NCBI GenBank assembly: GCA_038087875.1
Contig: CM075989.1
Location: 17,300,001-17,364,000, forward strand
DNA length: 64,000 nucleotides
Source of the DNA: Malacoraja senta
Taxonomy: Eukaryota
Reading direction: 5' to 3'
How positions within the stretch are numbered: position 1 is the stretch's first letter; each line of letters begins with the position of its first letter. The notes under the pieces are model-generated. The model was not told the origin of the DNA. It saw only the letters and a program-made list of their open reading frames with translations, and ran no database searches. Shown here piece by piece: positions 12,232 to 25,519 of the stretch. The translations under genes were made by a program, and so were the position numbers.

Positions 12232-12535
12232 AGTCTGAAGAAGAGTCCTGACCCGAAACATCACCTATCCATATTATGGAGAAAAGAAATAGGTGACATT
12301 TTGAGTCGGAACCCTTCTTCAGAACCCTTCTAACTGCGGTCTGAAGAAGGGTACCGACCCAAAACATTACCTATTCCTTTTCTCCGGAGATGCTGCCTGA
12401 CCCGCTGAGTTACTCCAGCATTTTTTGTCTAACTTCAGTAAAAGCCATCATCTGCAGTTCCTTCTGACACATCACCTATCCATGTTCTCCAGAGATGCTG
12501 CCTGACCCCACTGAGTTACTCCAGAATTGTGCATC
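12232..12535. mobile_element. Cluster of short PLE-derived terminal repeats with three degenerate hammerhead motifs (+, -, +)
   Basis: ctgaagaagagtcctgacccgaaacatc at 12235, an inverted copy at about 12291-12323, ctgaagaagggtaccgacccaaaacatt at 12341. Confidence 0.75.
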
Positions 12536-14054
12536 TATCTATCTGTGTCTCTAACTGCTTGGTGAGCCCCAAGCTTGTGGGTTCTGACACAAAGAAGTTC
12601 CGAGTTTTAAATTCCTTTTGAGTTTATTTTACCCCCTTGGTATATGCTTCCTTCTGACTCCCTACCCCAGCCTCCCGCCTCAACCGCTACCCTTCCCCAG
12701 CTGTTGATCAAGTCCCCTAGCCCCACTCCACATGGCTTGATCACAACAAGGTCCATTTGATTGCCTGACGCTCTGAACAAATGCTTGTGTCTCCGGCTGA
12801 GTTTCATGCCTCCCTTACCTTCTCCCCACTTCCCCTTGACGCACAATCTACTTAGCTGCACAAAGGCGGAGCTTGTGGATGCCAAGCCTTTGTGTGTACA
12901 AAGTGTGCAGAGCTACTACTAGTGTGCGTGGTTCCCTGCGCTTTGTTTGCGATAGTTCAGCTGGGAGCCGTAGGCAGAACATGCCTTGGCCACAAAACGT
13001 TGGTGCTTAACCTGCCTTTATGGAACAATTTCCTTTTACTTTGGAAATTCGCTCAGGGACGGGAGTGTTAGTAACTCCTCAAAGCAATTTATATGATTAA
13101 ACGTGGTTACTATGGAAACACTGTCTTCCAGATGTAACAAGAAACCTGGGGATCTAACAATTCCAAACATGAAATATTAAGCTCCCTTCACCATACAATA
13201 AATGAACATAAAAAAGCATTTATTATAAATTAAACTTACTTAGTTCAAACACAACCCATACTTCAACAACATGCATCGGTGGATCAAGTCTGATCTCCAC
13301 CTACCCTTCTGTATTCCCTCAGTCTAGCCTTAAACTTTCCAATCAGTATTTGGCTTGTGGTACTGCTGCTTGCCGACCCCTAGGAAGTCCCAACTCAGTG
13401 GTAGCCCACAGTTTATCATTTGCACACAGGTTGTTTAATTGTTTGTTTATAGTCCCTGCACCGAGAGTTTCAGTTCGGCACATCTTTCATAGCTCAATTC
13501 TTAAAATCGCTTGCAAAAAGTGGGCAAAAATTCCACATTTCTGGAGATTTAGAGGTGATAACAGCTGCAGAAATCACTGCCAGTTACTCTCCCCGGATCC
13601 AATCCCTGTACAATCGATTCACAACCTGGATTTGTTAAGGTTTTATGCTGATACATTTGCTGCCACAGATACCAGGGATGCCTGATAATGCCCAGTAGTC
13701 TTCTTCATGGAACATAAAACCGTATAGCACAGGAACAGGTCCTTCAGCCCACAATGTCCATGTGATGCCAAGTTAAACTAATGTCCTCTGCCTGGATGTC
13801 ATCCATACCCCCTCCATTCCCTCCATAGCCATGTGCCTATCAAAAAGCATCTTAAATGCTATTATCAAATCTGCTTCCACCACCACCCCTGGTGTCATGT
13901 TCCAGGCATCGACCACAAATCTGAGTCAAAACTTGCCCCACACATCTCCTTCAAAATTTGCTCTGCTCACTTTCAAGTTATGCCCTCTATTTTTTGACAT
14001 TTTCACCCTGGAAAAAAGGTTCTGACTATCCACCGTATATATCTACATAATTTT

Positions 14055-14450
14055 AAGTTTAGTTTTAGGTTTATTATTGTCACGTTTACCAAGGTACAAA
14101 TGAAAAGCTTTGTTTCGCATGCTATCCAATTGGATCAGATAGCACTACACAAAAATATAATCGAGTCAAACTCAAGTATAATAGGTAGAGAAAAAGGGGA
14201 AGGGACTGAGTGCAGAATGTATTTCTCACCATTGTAGAGCAGCAGCAGTTACATACACAAAGTCTAGTGTCCGCAATGAGGTAGAAGTGAACGGGGCATT
14301 ACCCATAACTTATGGAAGGATTGATCCTAAGCCTGGTAACAGATGGGAAGAGGTTCGGGAGTCTGGTGGTGGTATGCATTTTCAAGCTTCTGTACCGTCT
14401 GGAGCAGGGAGAGGAGAAATGACTAGGGTGGGACAAGTCTTTGATTTGTA
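14055..14450 (-). mobile_element. Rex1/Babar-type LINE 3' end
   Basis: Minus strand encodes degenerate IKDLSHPSH..RYRSLK.HT.RL..FPSVTRL (Rex1 ORF C-terminus) followed by tail ..gtgacaataataaacctaaaac. Confidence 0.75.
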
Positions 14451-14904
14451 CTGTATATTTCTATCAGGCCTCCTCTCAGCCGCCTTCATCATCATCGTTG
14501 TTTCCATTCAGGCCAGTGTCTGCACCCACAGTTGTAAACACCACTGTGTTATGTTGGCCATTTCTCTGCCAAAGTCATGTATGAGCTTGGAGTCTCACAC
14601 CTTCCCAAAAGAGAATCTCCCCTAGTTCAAGGCATATCCAGCATTTGCAGCTGAGAATTCTGTGATTACACATAACGATTCTCACAAATATTCTGCAAAA
14701 TCATGAGCACAGCTGTTTGTGCGTTGCATTTTATAAAATCAAAACCATGCTGCTTTGGGCAGAACATCTCTTCCAAGGTAAGACAGTCATGTCTTCTCAA
14801 CAACTTTTACCCAGCTCCAGAGCTGTCAAAGGAATGACTTGTCCTCGAGGGTGTTCATGTCACAATCCGCTTCCTACAAGCAGATTGCAACTAACTATAA
14901 CCGT

Positions 14905-14932
14905 CTGAAGAAGGGTCTCGACCCGAAACGTC
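14905..14932 (+). ncRNA. Minimal hammerhead motif at the start of a short PLE-derived element (14903-14992)
   Basis: ctgaagaagggtctcgacccgaaacgtc, intact core. Element flanked by ctataacc (14895-14902 and 14993-15000). Confidence 0.7.
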
Positions 14933-15133
14933 ACCCATTCCTTCTCTCCAGAGATGCTGCCTATCCTGCTGAGTTACTCCAGCATTTTGCGTCTATAACC
15001 AATGGCCCTGGCTTGCTAAAGGGAAGATTAATTGCAGATGAAATTTAGAGTCCAAGTCATGCAGTAAAGTCTCCACGTGGCACCTTGCCATTGAAAACCC
15101 AAGCCAAAATGGTGAGGATATTTATAGCAAGAA

Positions 15134-15425
15134 TGGGCAGCACAGTGGTGCAGCTGGGAGAACGCCCGACTCACAGCACCAGAGAACACGATTCGATCCT
15201 GATCTCGGGTCCTGTCCGTGTGGGAGTTGCACTTTCTACTTGTGACCACATGTCCCAAAGACATGCAGGTCTGTAGGTTAATTAGCCTCTGTAAATTGCC
15301 CCGAGTGTGGAGCGAATGAATGTGAAAGTGGGAGAACATGGAACTAGTGTGAACAGATGATCCATGGTCATTGTGGACTCGGTGGGTCGAAGGGCCTGTT
15401 GCTGTATCTTTCAATCAATCAATCA
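15134..15425 (+). mobile_element. V-SINE variant with (tcaa)n tail
   Basis: tRNA head (gattcgatcc), partial V-domain, tail tgtatctttcaatcaatcaatcaa. Confidence 0.8.
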
Positions 15426-16504
15426 ATACAGCATCATCCTGCAGCAGCTGAACATTGGGGTATATCTAATCTCCTGGCATCTGTAAAATCAGAATCCTCG
15501 AGTCTGAAGAAGGGCCCCGACCCAAAACGTCAGCTATCCATGTTCTCCAGGGATGCTGCCTGACCCGCTGATATATTCCAACTTTTCGTTTCTCTCCTGG
15601 TCTATGCTGGTCAGAGTCATCAGGAAGCCAAAGAAGTCCCATTGAAACTCAAGGTTTGAATGCTCTCTAAGATTGCTCCATGTTCTAACAGGCCAGCTGC
15701 CTTTCCATGCGGTCGCCTCTCAGAGAGGGCAGCCGAGGCCAGGAGCAGGATGAATTGCACCAAGAGAGAAAACACTGAGCGGCTTCAAAACTGTTTAAAG
15801 CAGATGGGTTTTTTACCCCACGGAAAAGGAGGAAATCAAGGACTTGTAGACAAAATGAAGAACCACAACACCGTCAAAGGTTCAAACTTCCTGCCTTTGA
15901 TGCAACAAAACCTCAAATAAACAATAGCCACATCATTATTACTAATTACTAAGGAGGCAGTAGGAGGTATGCTTTGAAGAAAATTATTTATTTGGAATAA
16001 CTAATTAGCAAGTAGTTTTAGTGATGTTTCTTCATTTATCACGCGATTCTTTAAACCTGAAGTTAATTAATACTTGCGCTCTTGTATGGTGTGATTTGCC
16101 TGGATAGCACGCAATACGAAGTTTTAAAACTGTATCTCGGTATAGATGTCATTAATAAAGTGCAACCAATACAGTTCAATTCTTTACATTAAATGAACCA
16201 TGTCTGAGAGCATCATCAGATACCTCTTCAGGTTGGTACCACTGATGCAATGGTCCGTCTCTCGGGCATGGCTGGAAAAGAATGGGTCACACCCCGAAAC
16301 ATCACCCATTCCTTCAATCCAGTGATGCTGCCTGTCCCGCTGAGTTACTCCAGCATTTTGTGTCTCTCTTTGGAAAACAATGGAGATGGGTTTGAGATCT
16401 CCCAGTACAATCTAGGAGCAGGTTATTCTCACTGTCAGTGAGATAACCTGCCCCAAAGCTGCAGTGCCAACAAGATTATTCACTTGACACGTTGATTTTC
16501 ACAT

Positions 16505-16778
16505 CATGGAGAGGGCTGCCTCACAGCGCCAGAGATCTTGACCACAGGTGCTGTCTGTACGGAGTTTGTACTCTCTCCCTGTGACAGCGTGAGTTTTCTC
16601 TGGATACTTTGGTTTCCTCGTACACTCCAAAGACGTACAGATTTGCAGGTTAATATGCTTCGGTGTAAATAAAATTGTAAATTGGCCCTAGTGTGTAGGA
16701 TAGTGCTAGTGTTGTAGTGTGAGGAGATTGCCGGTGAGCTGAAGGGCCTGTTTCCGCACTGTATCTCTAAACTAACTA
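16505..16778 (+). mobile_element. V-SINE, partial head
   Basis: V-domain and gaagggcctgtttccgcactgtatctctaaac tail. Confidence 0.8.
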
Positions 16779-17312
16779 TCTGACACAGCTAGTGATAAAT
16801 AGTCACTGAACCATATGTTTTTGATACATTTTTTTCGCTAGGTTTCCAAATTGTGTGAAGCACAACAGTGGCTGACAGGAGAAACTTGTTGTCCAAGCAG
16901 CTGAATTTAACAGCTGTGGCTAATTATCTTTGCACTAACTCTGGCTCACACGCTTTCAGGAGGATAACATTTCTTTCTTATTTATTCCTTCATTTAACAC
17001 TGCATTTCTAAGAAGAGATGCTCCAGAGATGCTGCCTGGCCCGCTGTGTTACTCCAGCATTTTGTGTCTATCTTTGGTATAAACTGACATCTGAAGTTCC
17101 TTTCAATTGCATTTCTTCCACCACTTTGCACTTTACTGTTCCTGTTTTTGAAACACACACCCCGTGCAGTCAGTAAATGATGCAGATTATCCAATAGGGG
17201 AAGAAACCCATCAATATTTCAAACATTGAATATGATTTTATAAGATGTCAGTTTTCTGGGAAAATCAATACTGCATCTTTTGTTCTTAAAAAGCAAATGG
17301 AATAAATAATTG

Positions 17313-17527
17313 TGTTGGAAGGAATTGCAGATGCCGGTTTCTACCAAAGATAGACCCAAAGTGCTGGAGCAACTCAACAGGGTGAGGCAGCTTCTCTGGA
17401 GTACAAGGATGGGTGACGTTTCGGGTCGGAATCCATCTTGACGTTCCCACCCAAAATGTCACCCATCCTTTTTCTCCAAAGATGCTTTCTCACACGCTTA
17501 GTTACTCAAGCACTTTGTGTCTATCTT
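17313..17527. mobile_element. Palindromic (inverted pair) PLE-derived element
   Basis: Minus copy then plus copy of the PLE terminal repeat. 15-bp TSD tggaataaataattg (17298-17312 and 17528-17542). Confidence 0.8.
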
Positions 17528-17962
17528 TGGAATAAATAATTGGTCGTTTTCTTTAGGTTGACTTATACGGGTTACATGGTATCTAAGAATTGTCTTTTAC
17601 ATTTCACTGAGTGACATGGCCGAGTGATGTTTCCTATCTCTTTTTGAAATCCAGCATCTCCCTCATCGCAACATTTCTTTACTAATGAGGCGTCTGCTGA
17701 AGAAATGGTCGCATCTCCAGAGGGTAACATGGACATAAACACAGCCTTGTAACTAAGAGGCAGACTGGTGACCTCTGAGCCCACATACCAACACTCACAA
17801 TGTGGCGAGTCCGAGTCCCACTGCTGTTTCATGCCAATCATCTGTCTTCACACATCAACCTCAAGATGTTTAGTCCCTGCCCATTGGATTTTTAGAATAA
17901 TCCAGATAGCTTCACCTGACTGCCTGGAGACCAGGGGAGAGCTAAACCCTGGGCAATGATGA

Positions 17963-18345
17963 TTCAATGAATATTATCACATGGACCTAGGCACAGTGAA
18001 ATGCTCTATTTTGCATACAACCCAGCAACATCGTACAGCCGACCTCATCTCGGCAGTACACACGTCTGGCGCTGACAAAGCTACAAAAGTTCACCGAACA
18101 TTGCCTGCCGCTGCACATGGCAGCAGCTCTCCACCCACTGCGCGGGGTCACCCCTCAATCTCTCAGCCCCCCGCCGGATCCCCCTATTGTTCTCAACATT
18201 CCACCTCGCTCTCGGTGGCGCGGGTCTCCGTCGACACTGGTGGATTGGGGCTGGGCCTACTGGCAAGTCCTCCATCGTTGGTCCGTGACGAGCGAGTCCT
18301 CCGTCAATGAGCGGGGCCTGCTTGCCGGGACACTCCCGAATCCTG
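17963..18345 (-). mobile_element. GC/CpG-rich non-autonomous retroelement with Rex1-type 3' tail
   Basis: Minus strand ends gcatttcactgtgcctaggtccatgtgataata. Body contains gagaacaatagggggatccggcgggggg, similar to units in 55300-55605. Confidence 0.55.
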
Positions 18346-18790
18346 ATCTCTGCCTTGTCCACTTATCCAGTCAGGCTCTCGATTCAATAATATTTCATTT
18401 GAATTTGAGAGGTTTTCATTAATTCAGCTCCCTCTTCAGATTGCCAACAGCAAAGATGCCAGGTTTCAGCAAATTCAATTCACTCCACGTAATATCCAGA
18501 AATGGCTGAGTGCCCTGAATACAGAAAAGTCTCCATGATGAGATAATGGAGCAAGCCAAGTTGCTCCAGTACTGTTGCAACACTGGCCTCTACCCAATAA
18601 TGTGGAGAATCGTTCAGGTATGTCCTGTTCACAAAAACAGGACTAATCCCATCAAGCTAATTACCACCTAATACTCATCTCCCAATCATCAACATAGTGA
18701 TAGATGGTGAAGTCGATATTGCTGGCAAACATCACTGACTCACTAATCACCTCCATGGTAATGCCCAGCTAGATTTCGCCAGGAAAATTA

Positions 18791-19072
18791 GGGGCGGCAC
18801 AGTGGTAGAGTTTCTGCCTCACAGTGCCAGAGACCCGGGTTCGATCCTGACCACAAGTGCTGTCTGTGTGGAGTTTGTACGTTCTCTCTGTGACTGCGTG
18901 GGTTCCCTTCCACATTCCAAAGATGTGCAGGTTTGTAGGCTTCTGTAAATTGCCCTAATGTGCAGGATGAGAAAGTGGGATAACATAGAACTAATGAATG
19001 GGTGATCGAGCGTTGGCGTGAACTTGGTGGGCCGAAGAGCCTGTTTCCATGCTGTATCTCTAAAAACTAAAA
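18791..19072 (+). mobile_element. V-SINE
   Basis: ggggcggcacagtggtagag..ggttcgatcc, V-domain, tgtatctctaaaaactaa. Confidence 0.85.
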
Positions 19073-19344
19073 AGAAATTCTGCTCCTCGTAGCCTTGGTG
19101 CAAACATGAATCAAAGAGCTGAATTATGAAGATGATGTTAGGCTGGACCTCACATCAGCATTTGACCAGGTATGGCTTCTGGAGGCCGTGGTAAAATCAA
19201 AGTCAATGGTCATCAAGGAACAAACACTCCAATGGCAACAATCATGCACAACACAAGGAAGACATCACTGCAGCAGTTCCTCAAGGCACGGTCCTAGTCC
19301 CAGCCATTTTCAGCTGCTTCTATGGCCTTCCTTCCATCTTCATG

Positions 19345-19655
19345 GGGGGCACAGTGGCACAGCGGTAGAGCTACTGACTGACAGCGCCAGACACCCGGGT
19401 TCGATCCTGACTACAGGTGCTGTCTGTACAGAGTTTGTACATTCTCCCCGTGACCTGCGTGGGTTTTCTCCGAGATTTTCGGTTTCCTCCCACACTCCAA
19501 AAACATACAGGTTTGTAGGTTAATTGGCTTGGTAGAAATGGAAAATTGTTCCTAGTGTGTGTCGGGTAGTGTTAATGTGCGGGGATCACTGGTCGGTGCG
19601 GACTCGGTGGGCCGAAGGACCTGTTTCCGCGCTGTATCTCTAAACTAAACTAAAG
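19345..19655 (+). mobile_element. Full-length V-SINE
   Basis: A box tggcacagcgg, B box ggttcgatcc, complete V-domain and tail. Confidence 0.9.
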
Positions 19656-20103
19656 TGGGAACATCCACTGTTGATTGCATAATGTTCAATTCCATTTACA
19701 ACTCCTCGGCAAAAGCAGCAGTCAATTCATGTAAGTGGATATACCTAGACAGCATTAGGCACGGGGTGATGGTGGCAAGTGGTACAAGTATACCAAACGC
19801 CTGTCATTTCCAACAAGAGGATAGGAATAGATAGGGTAAATGCACAGTCTTTTACCCAGAGTGGGGAAAATCAAGAACTAAGAGACCTGGGTTTAAGGTG
19901 AGAAGTGAAAGATTTAATAGGAAACTGAGGGGCAACTTTTTCCACACAGAGGGTGGGGGCTGTATGGAATAAGCTACCAGAGGATGTAGTTGAGGCAAAT
20001 ACTATAACATTTAAAAGACATTTGGACAAGTACATGGATAGGAAATGTGCAGGTTTGTAGGTTACTTGGCTTCTGCAAATTGTAAAAATCATCCCTAGTG
20101 TGT

Positions 20104-20211
20104 GGGATAGTGCTAGTGTGTGGGCTAGTGCTAGTGTACGGGATAGTGCTAGTGTGTGGGATAGTGCTAGTGTACGGGATAGTGCTAGTGTACGGGATAG
20201 TGCTAGTGTAC
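20104..20211 (+). repeat. Six tandem copies of an 18-bp unit inside a V-SINE 3' part (about 20045-20283)
   Basis: gggatagtgctagtgt(ac/gt) x6. Confidence 0.92.
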
Positions 20212-21951
20212 GGGTGATCACTGGTCGGCGCAGACTCAGTGGGTCGAAGGGCCTGTTTCCTGGTTGTATGTCTAAAATCTAAATGACAACTCTAAAAATT
20301 GATTGGAAAGCCCTCTGAGAATTCCTGAAGGAGTGACAAGAGCTGCTTTATAAATGCAAGCCTGCCTTTTGCACATTTAGTGCCAGTCACTAATTCTGAT
20401 GTGAAGCCAATTACATGTTTCCTTAAACCTGATATATGCTACAATCCCTCCGTGATTGCAAAACAGCAAATGTATTCCACTTCTAATGACATCAGTAGCT
20501 TAGCAGCAGGTTTAAGAAGATAAAACTTCCTCAAGATATGAACATTAGGCGCAAGCAGCAGCTTCTGTGTCATCACTAATGAAGGCTTTTCTCAGTCAAA
20601 ACTTGAGCGTTGCAAGATATTAGTGATGGTGCCAGTCCTTCTCACAGGCTGCCTCCTGCAAATGTGGCAGGTTATAAAGCTGCCCGTGTCCGTGAGCAAT
20701 CATGCTCCTCTTGCTCAGCATCTGTTCCTTGCTTCGTGCCATGTCGTCCCTGTCCACCTCTCACTCAGGTGATTTTCATTCGACGGCCACTCCTTCCTCT
20801 TTGAGTGGGTTTCGAAGTTGCACGAATGCAGATATTATCGTTATTCAACCTTCAAGGTGCGATCGGGACAAAGGACAAAAGACAAAGGACATTTATGGTC
20901 ACTTACACCATAAGTGATGGGAGGAGAATCAGATGAGGAGGACACTGAACCAGGACAGATTTTGGAAAGCACTGTCCGATTAGACACCTTCCACTGCCCC
21001 TTCCTCAATGGCCTCACATGGCATTGGCTGTGCATGTATTCCTTTCACAAACAAGCACCCAATTGATACCCGGTCTCAAAGTCAAGCACCCATACACCTT
21101 CCGAGAATTACTAAAAACATATCGACATTTTTGTGTTTCTATTCCATATCACAAAAACTCACTCGTTTAGAAAATATTCTTCCTCCCATTGGTTGTTCTT
21201 TGCCATATTTCCATAAATACACATCCTCCGATTCTAAAGCCATTCCACCCCAAAAACACTGCAAAAGGTTCTCTTTAAAATCCTGTCCCACAACTCTGAA
21301 AAATCGGCCAGTTTTCCCTACTTTCGACCGAAGAACCCACCCCCTCCCCCCCCCAATACTTCTCCTGTGTCATACCACATCAAGGAGGCTGTTCCAGCAG
21401 ACCATTCCTCTATCTGCTGAGCCTTGACGTCCTTCGCAAAGTGTGATCCCAGAATTGAACAACGCTCCTGTGTTTTAGAAACCTTAATAATACCTCAAAA
21501 TATATATATTTTCTAAACTGTGGAAACTGGGACGTGCACAAAATGCTGGAGTAACTCAGCTGGTCAGGCAGCATCACTGGAGAAATTGGATAGGTGACGT
21601 TTCAGGTCGTGACTCTTCTTCGGACACGAAACGTCACCTATTCCTTTTCTCCAGAGATGCTGCCTGACCCGCTTAGTTACTCGAACATTTTGTGTCTCTT
21701 TGGTATAAATCAGCATCTGCAGTTCTTTTTTGGTACATGTGGAAACTGGGAATCTGAAACAAAAGCAAAAAATGCCAGAAATACAAAGGCGGGCTCGGCA
21801 GCATTTGCGGAAAGAAAGGCATTAATATTTCTGGTCTTTTAGTCTTCACCAGACATATGTGAAAAAGGGCGTCAGATCCGATATGTTCCTCTTCCCATAG
21901 AAGCTGCTTGACCTGCTGAGTGCTAAGCATACCACCCTGTTTATTTACCCT

Positions 21952-22252
21952 TCAGATTTTAGACTTGAGATATATCGCGGTAACAGGCCCTTCAGCCCAT
22001 CGAGTCCAGGCTGATCAGCGATCCCCATACACTAGCACACTAGGGATAATTTAATTTTTTTTGTTACTGAAGCCAATTAACCTGCAAACCTGTATGTCAT
22101 TGGAGTGTGGGATGAAACAGGAGCACCCGGAGAAACCCATGCGGTTACAGGAACGACGTACAAACTCCAAACAGACAGTACCCGTAGTCAGGGTCAAACC
22201 CGAGTCTCTGGCGCTTAAGGCAGCAACTGTACTGCTGCACCACCATGCCGCC
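21952..22252 (-). mobile_element. V-SINE
   Basis: Reverse-complement head, V-domain (plus caggagcacccggagaaacccatgcgg) and tail. Confidence 0.82.
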
Positions 22253-22729
22253 TCTATACCATATACTTCTGAATAAGGTTGAGTATTTAGAGCCTTCTCA
22301 TTTGTCCTGCATTTTGAAAGATTGGTGTGTACATCCCCTTGGTTCCTGTAAATATTTCTATGACTAGCTATCAGTTGATGCTGTTGGGAAGATGGGAACG
22401 GAATTCCTTTTGGTCTACTGTCATCAGGGTATTCCCGGAGCCTCCAAATCCTTCAGGGATGAGGACGCTGCCATCCACCCATTGCTTGATTTCCCAAACA
22501 TTCCTCCAGTCCACACCTCTCTCAAGCCCTTTGGTTTCTGCTCTTAGTACATCATCATCCTTTTTCCTATCTACCAACCCTGTCCAGTACTGGGCCACAG
22601 GGACCAAAATCTTTTCCCATCACACTTTCGCTGCCTCTAGATTTGCTTAAAACTTGTTTTTGCAGTTTGTTTTTATAAATAGATAGGCTGTACTCTTGCT
22701 GGATGAAGATGTTAACATATGATGAACAT

Positions 22730-23148
22730 TTGACGGCACTGGGTATGTACTCGCTGGATTTTAGAAGGATAAGGGAAGACCTCATTGAAACCTACTGAAA
22801 GGCCTAGATAGAGTGAATGTGGAGAGGGTGTTTCCACTAATGGGAGAGTCTAGGACCAGAGGCCATAACCTCAGAATGGAAGGATGTACCTTTTGAAAGG
22901 AGATGAGAGGGAATTTCTTTAGTTAGAAGGTGGTGAATCTGTGGAATTCGTTGCCACAGATGGCTGTGGAGGCCAAGTCAACAAATATTTTTAAGGCCGA
23001 GATTGACAGATTCTTGATTAGTACGGGTATCACGGGTTATGGAACAAAGGCTGGACAATGGGGTTGAGGGGGAAAGATATATCAGCCGCGATTGAATGGC
23101 GGAGTAGATGATAGACCAAATGGCCTAATTCTGCTCCTAGAACTTATG
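22730..23148 (+). mobile_element. CR1 LINE 3' fragment
   Basis: Homologous to 28350-28770 of the long CR1. Confidence 0.8.
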
Positions 23149-25519
23149 TTGTGTGGCATACCCGCCATGCTGCAGTAGATGAACCACTACTGCTCCTTGA
23201 CATTCACTGCATCCACCTGTATGTGTTGGCACACTGGCTAAAAGAGCATATCCAAGATGTCCAACAGCTAATTACTCACAATCACTTGGGGATCTTTCTC
23301 AGGAAATTCCGTCACACCTCAAGGGGAGGTAACTGATCCACAGGCATCTGAAGGTGGTGATCCAAAAAAATATTACTGAACAGATGGTGGGTAGAAGAGC
23401 CTAGGAGGTCCAGTTACTCACAGTTAACCATGACGTGTGAAGATACTGCTGCCGATATACCCAGGGGACCTTCCCACTGAGAGCTAAAACTGGGAAGGGC
23501 TTATCAAGGGCAAGAAACTACAGGGAGACAATGGGAGCTCACTGGAACAAGCACATCAAAGTATTTTTAACCAAGACTGTCATTGATATGAGGGTCCCCT
23601 GCGCACTACCCATTCTAATCTCAGCGCTATAGCAACCCAACAACAACAAGGTACAACATGATGTAGAAACAAAGAATTGCAGATGCTGGTTTATACCAAA
23701 GATAGACACAAAGTGTTGGAGTAATTCAGTGGGTCAGGCAGCATCTCTGGAGAAAAAGGATGGGGGGCGTGAAGAAGGGTCCCGACCCAAAACATCACCC
23801 ATCCTTTTTCTCCAGAGATGCTGCCTGACCCACTGAGTTACTCCAGCACTTTGTGTCTATTTAAGGTAAAACGAGGCAGCCTCTGGAGCAGAAGGAATCC
23901 CTGCTGAAATTCTGAATCAGAGAGTTAAGTCTGGCGTGAGAGGGTTTTCCTGTCAAGGGAGGCTAGACAGGTTGGGTCTGTATTCCTTGGAGTTTAGAAA
24001 AATAAGGAGTGAACGTATTCAAACATTCAGGGTCTCAAGGGGTTTGACAGGATAGACGCTAAGATGTTTTTACTTGTGGAAGAGTTAGAAACAACAGGGA
24101 GTAGTTATAAAACAAAGGACTAGTCACGTAAAACTGAGGTGCGAAGAAATTTCATTCTCCGAGGGTGGTACATCTCTGGAATTCTCTCACACACACACGC
24201 ACACACACACAGGGCGGTGGAGGCTGGACCATTAGATATATTCAAAGGAATCAATATATGTTTGAAAGATTGAGAAATTGAACGTTATGGAGAAGTGGGA
24301 CAGAAGAGGAGTTGAGGCTAGCATAGATCAGGCATGATCATATGGAGTATCCATCTCCATTAAACTTTCCCCCTCTCTCCTTACAGCTATGCCCTCTAGT
24401 ATTGAGCATTTCTACCAGGGGAAAAGGTTCTGAATGTCTATCCTATCTATGCCTCTCATATTTGATATGACTTCTATCAAGAACTATTAAACTTCTAAAA
24501 TGAGTATATTATGAGAGGCAATAGTTTTTCAAACTTAGATGGGAGCAGAGAAAATGACAAAATACTCAAGGCAATTGAAGAGGAGGTAAGTGATGCCCTT
24601 AACTGCACTTGTACCTGTGATAAACACAAAGACATCTCAAGATGAGTTTATTGTCAAATGCCAAAATATAGTGAGGTATAGGTAATCGACAAAACCAATC
24701 TTGCAGCAGCATCACAGGTGCTTAGACTCAGACAAACACACACAAAAACTACACACAAATTACACATGTGTAAACAGACGTGTCTTTGTCCAAGGTGATA
24801 AAGAAGTGAAAGGACTTAACCTTCAAAGGCAACTGAAAGAAGTAAGTTTGAAACACAAAGTTAAAAGTATGGTGAATCTATCAGTGATTATTTCATGGCA
24901 TTGAGGAAACTGTCACTATATTTCAACTTTAGTGAGTTCCCTAATAGAGCTCTTAGTTTGTTTAGTGGATTGATTGATGAAAGGATTCACACCACATTTC
25001 GCAAAATGCTTGAATTCACTCTTGAGATAGCAGCTTCAATGGAGGTGATGTTAAATGAAGAGGAGCTTTGTTCTTCTCAAGTAGCCCGTGCTGCACAGAG
25101 CAACCTGCTGCCTAACCAGAGATGAAGATAGTCTGTCCAGACAATACACTTTGCGGGAGATGCAATGGCCATCAGAAGTGAAGCAAAGTCACAACAGGCA
25201 TCTGTTACAGATGACAATGCAAGGGTCATGGTGAACCAAAGACAAGGTGACAGGTGCAAGTTTACAGGAATGAAGAAACTGATACGGATTGATGTTCATG
25301 TTCATAAGTTGTAGGAGCAGAATTGGTCCATTCTGTGACCAAGTCTACTCCGCCATTAGATCATGGCTGATCTATCTTTCCCTCGCAACCCCATTCTCCT
25401 GTGAATAAGCTAAATGCAAACCTGGAGAACCCCACATTTCCAGGCGTAAGCCTTTGATCACAGACAAACCTCTCAAGATGAAGATCGACTGGATTGTGCC
25501 GAGCACCTGTGATCTGTGG

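Larger units (their letters stand above)
18430..19820 (+). mobile_element. Ancient CR1-clade RT relic interrupted by two V-SINEs
   Basis: Degenerate ..KWLSALNTEK.., TGLYPIMWRIVQVCPVHKK..ANY and PQGTVL.P.IF motifs. Confidence 0.6.

Noticed and set aside
12880..13150. Repeat-free segment as a conserved enhancer (also 45800-45980)
   Set aside because: Cannot be supported without cross-species alignment or chromatin data.
19345..19415. tRNA genes at SINE heads (also 59029 and 47941)
   Set aside because: A/B boxes run straight into V or CORE domains and LINE-type tails; no complete cloverleaf or pol III terminator.
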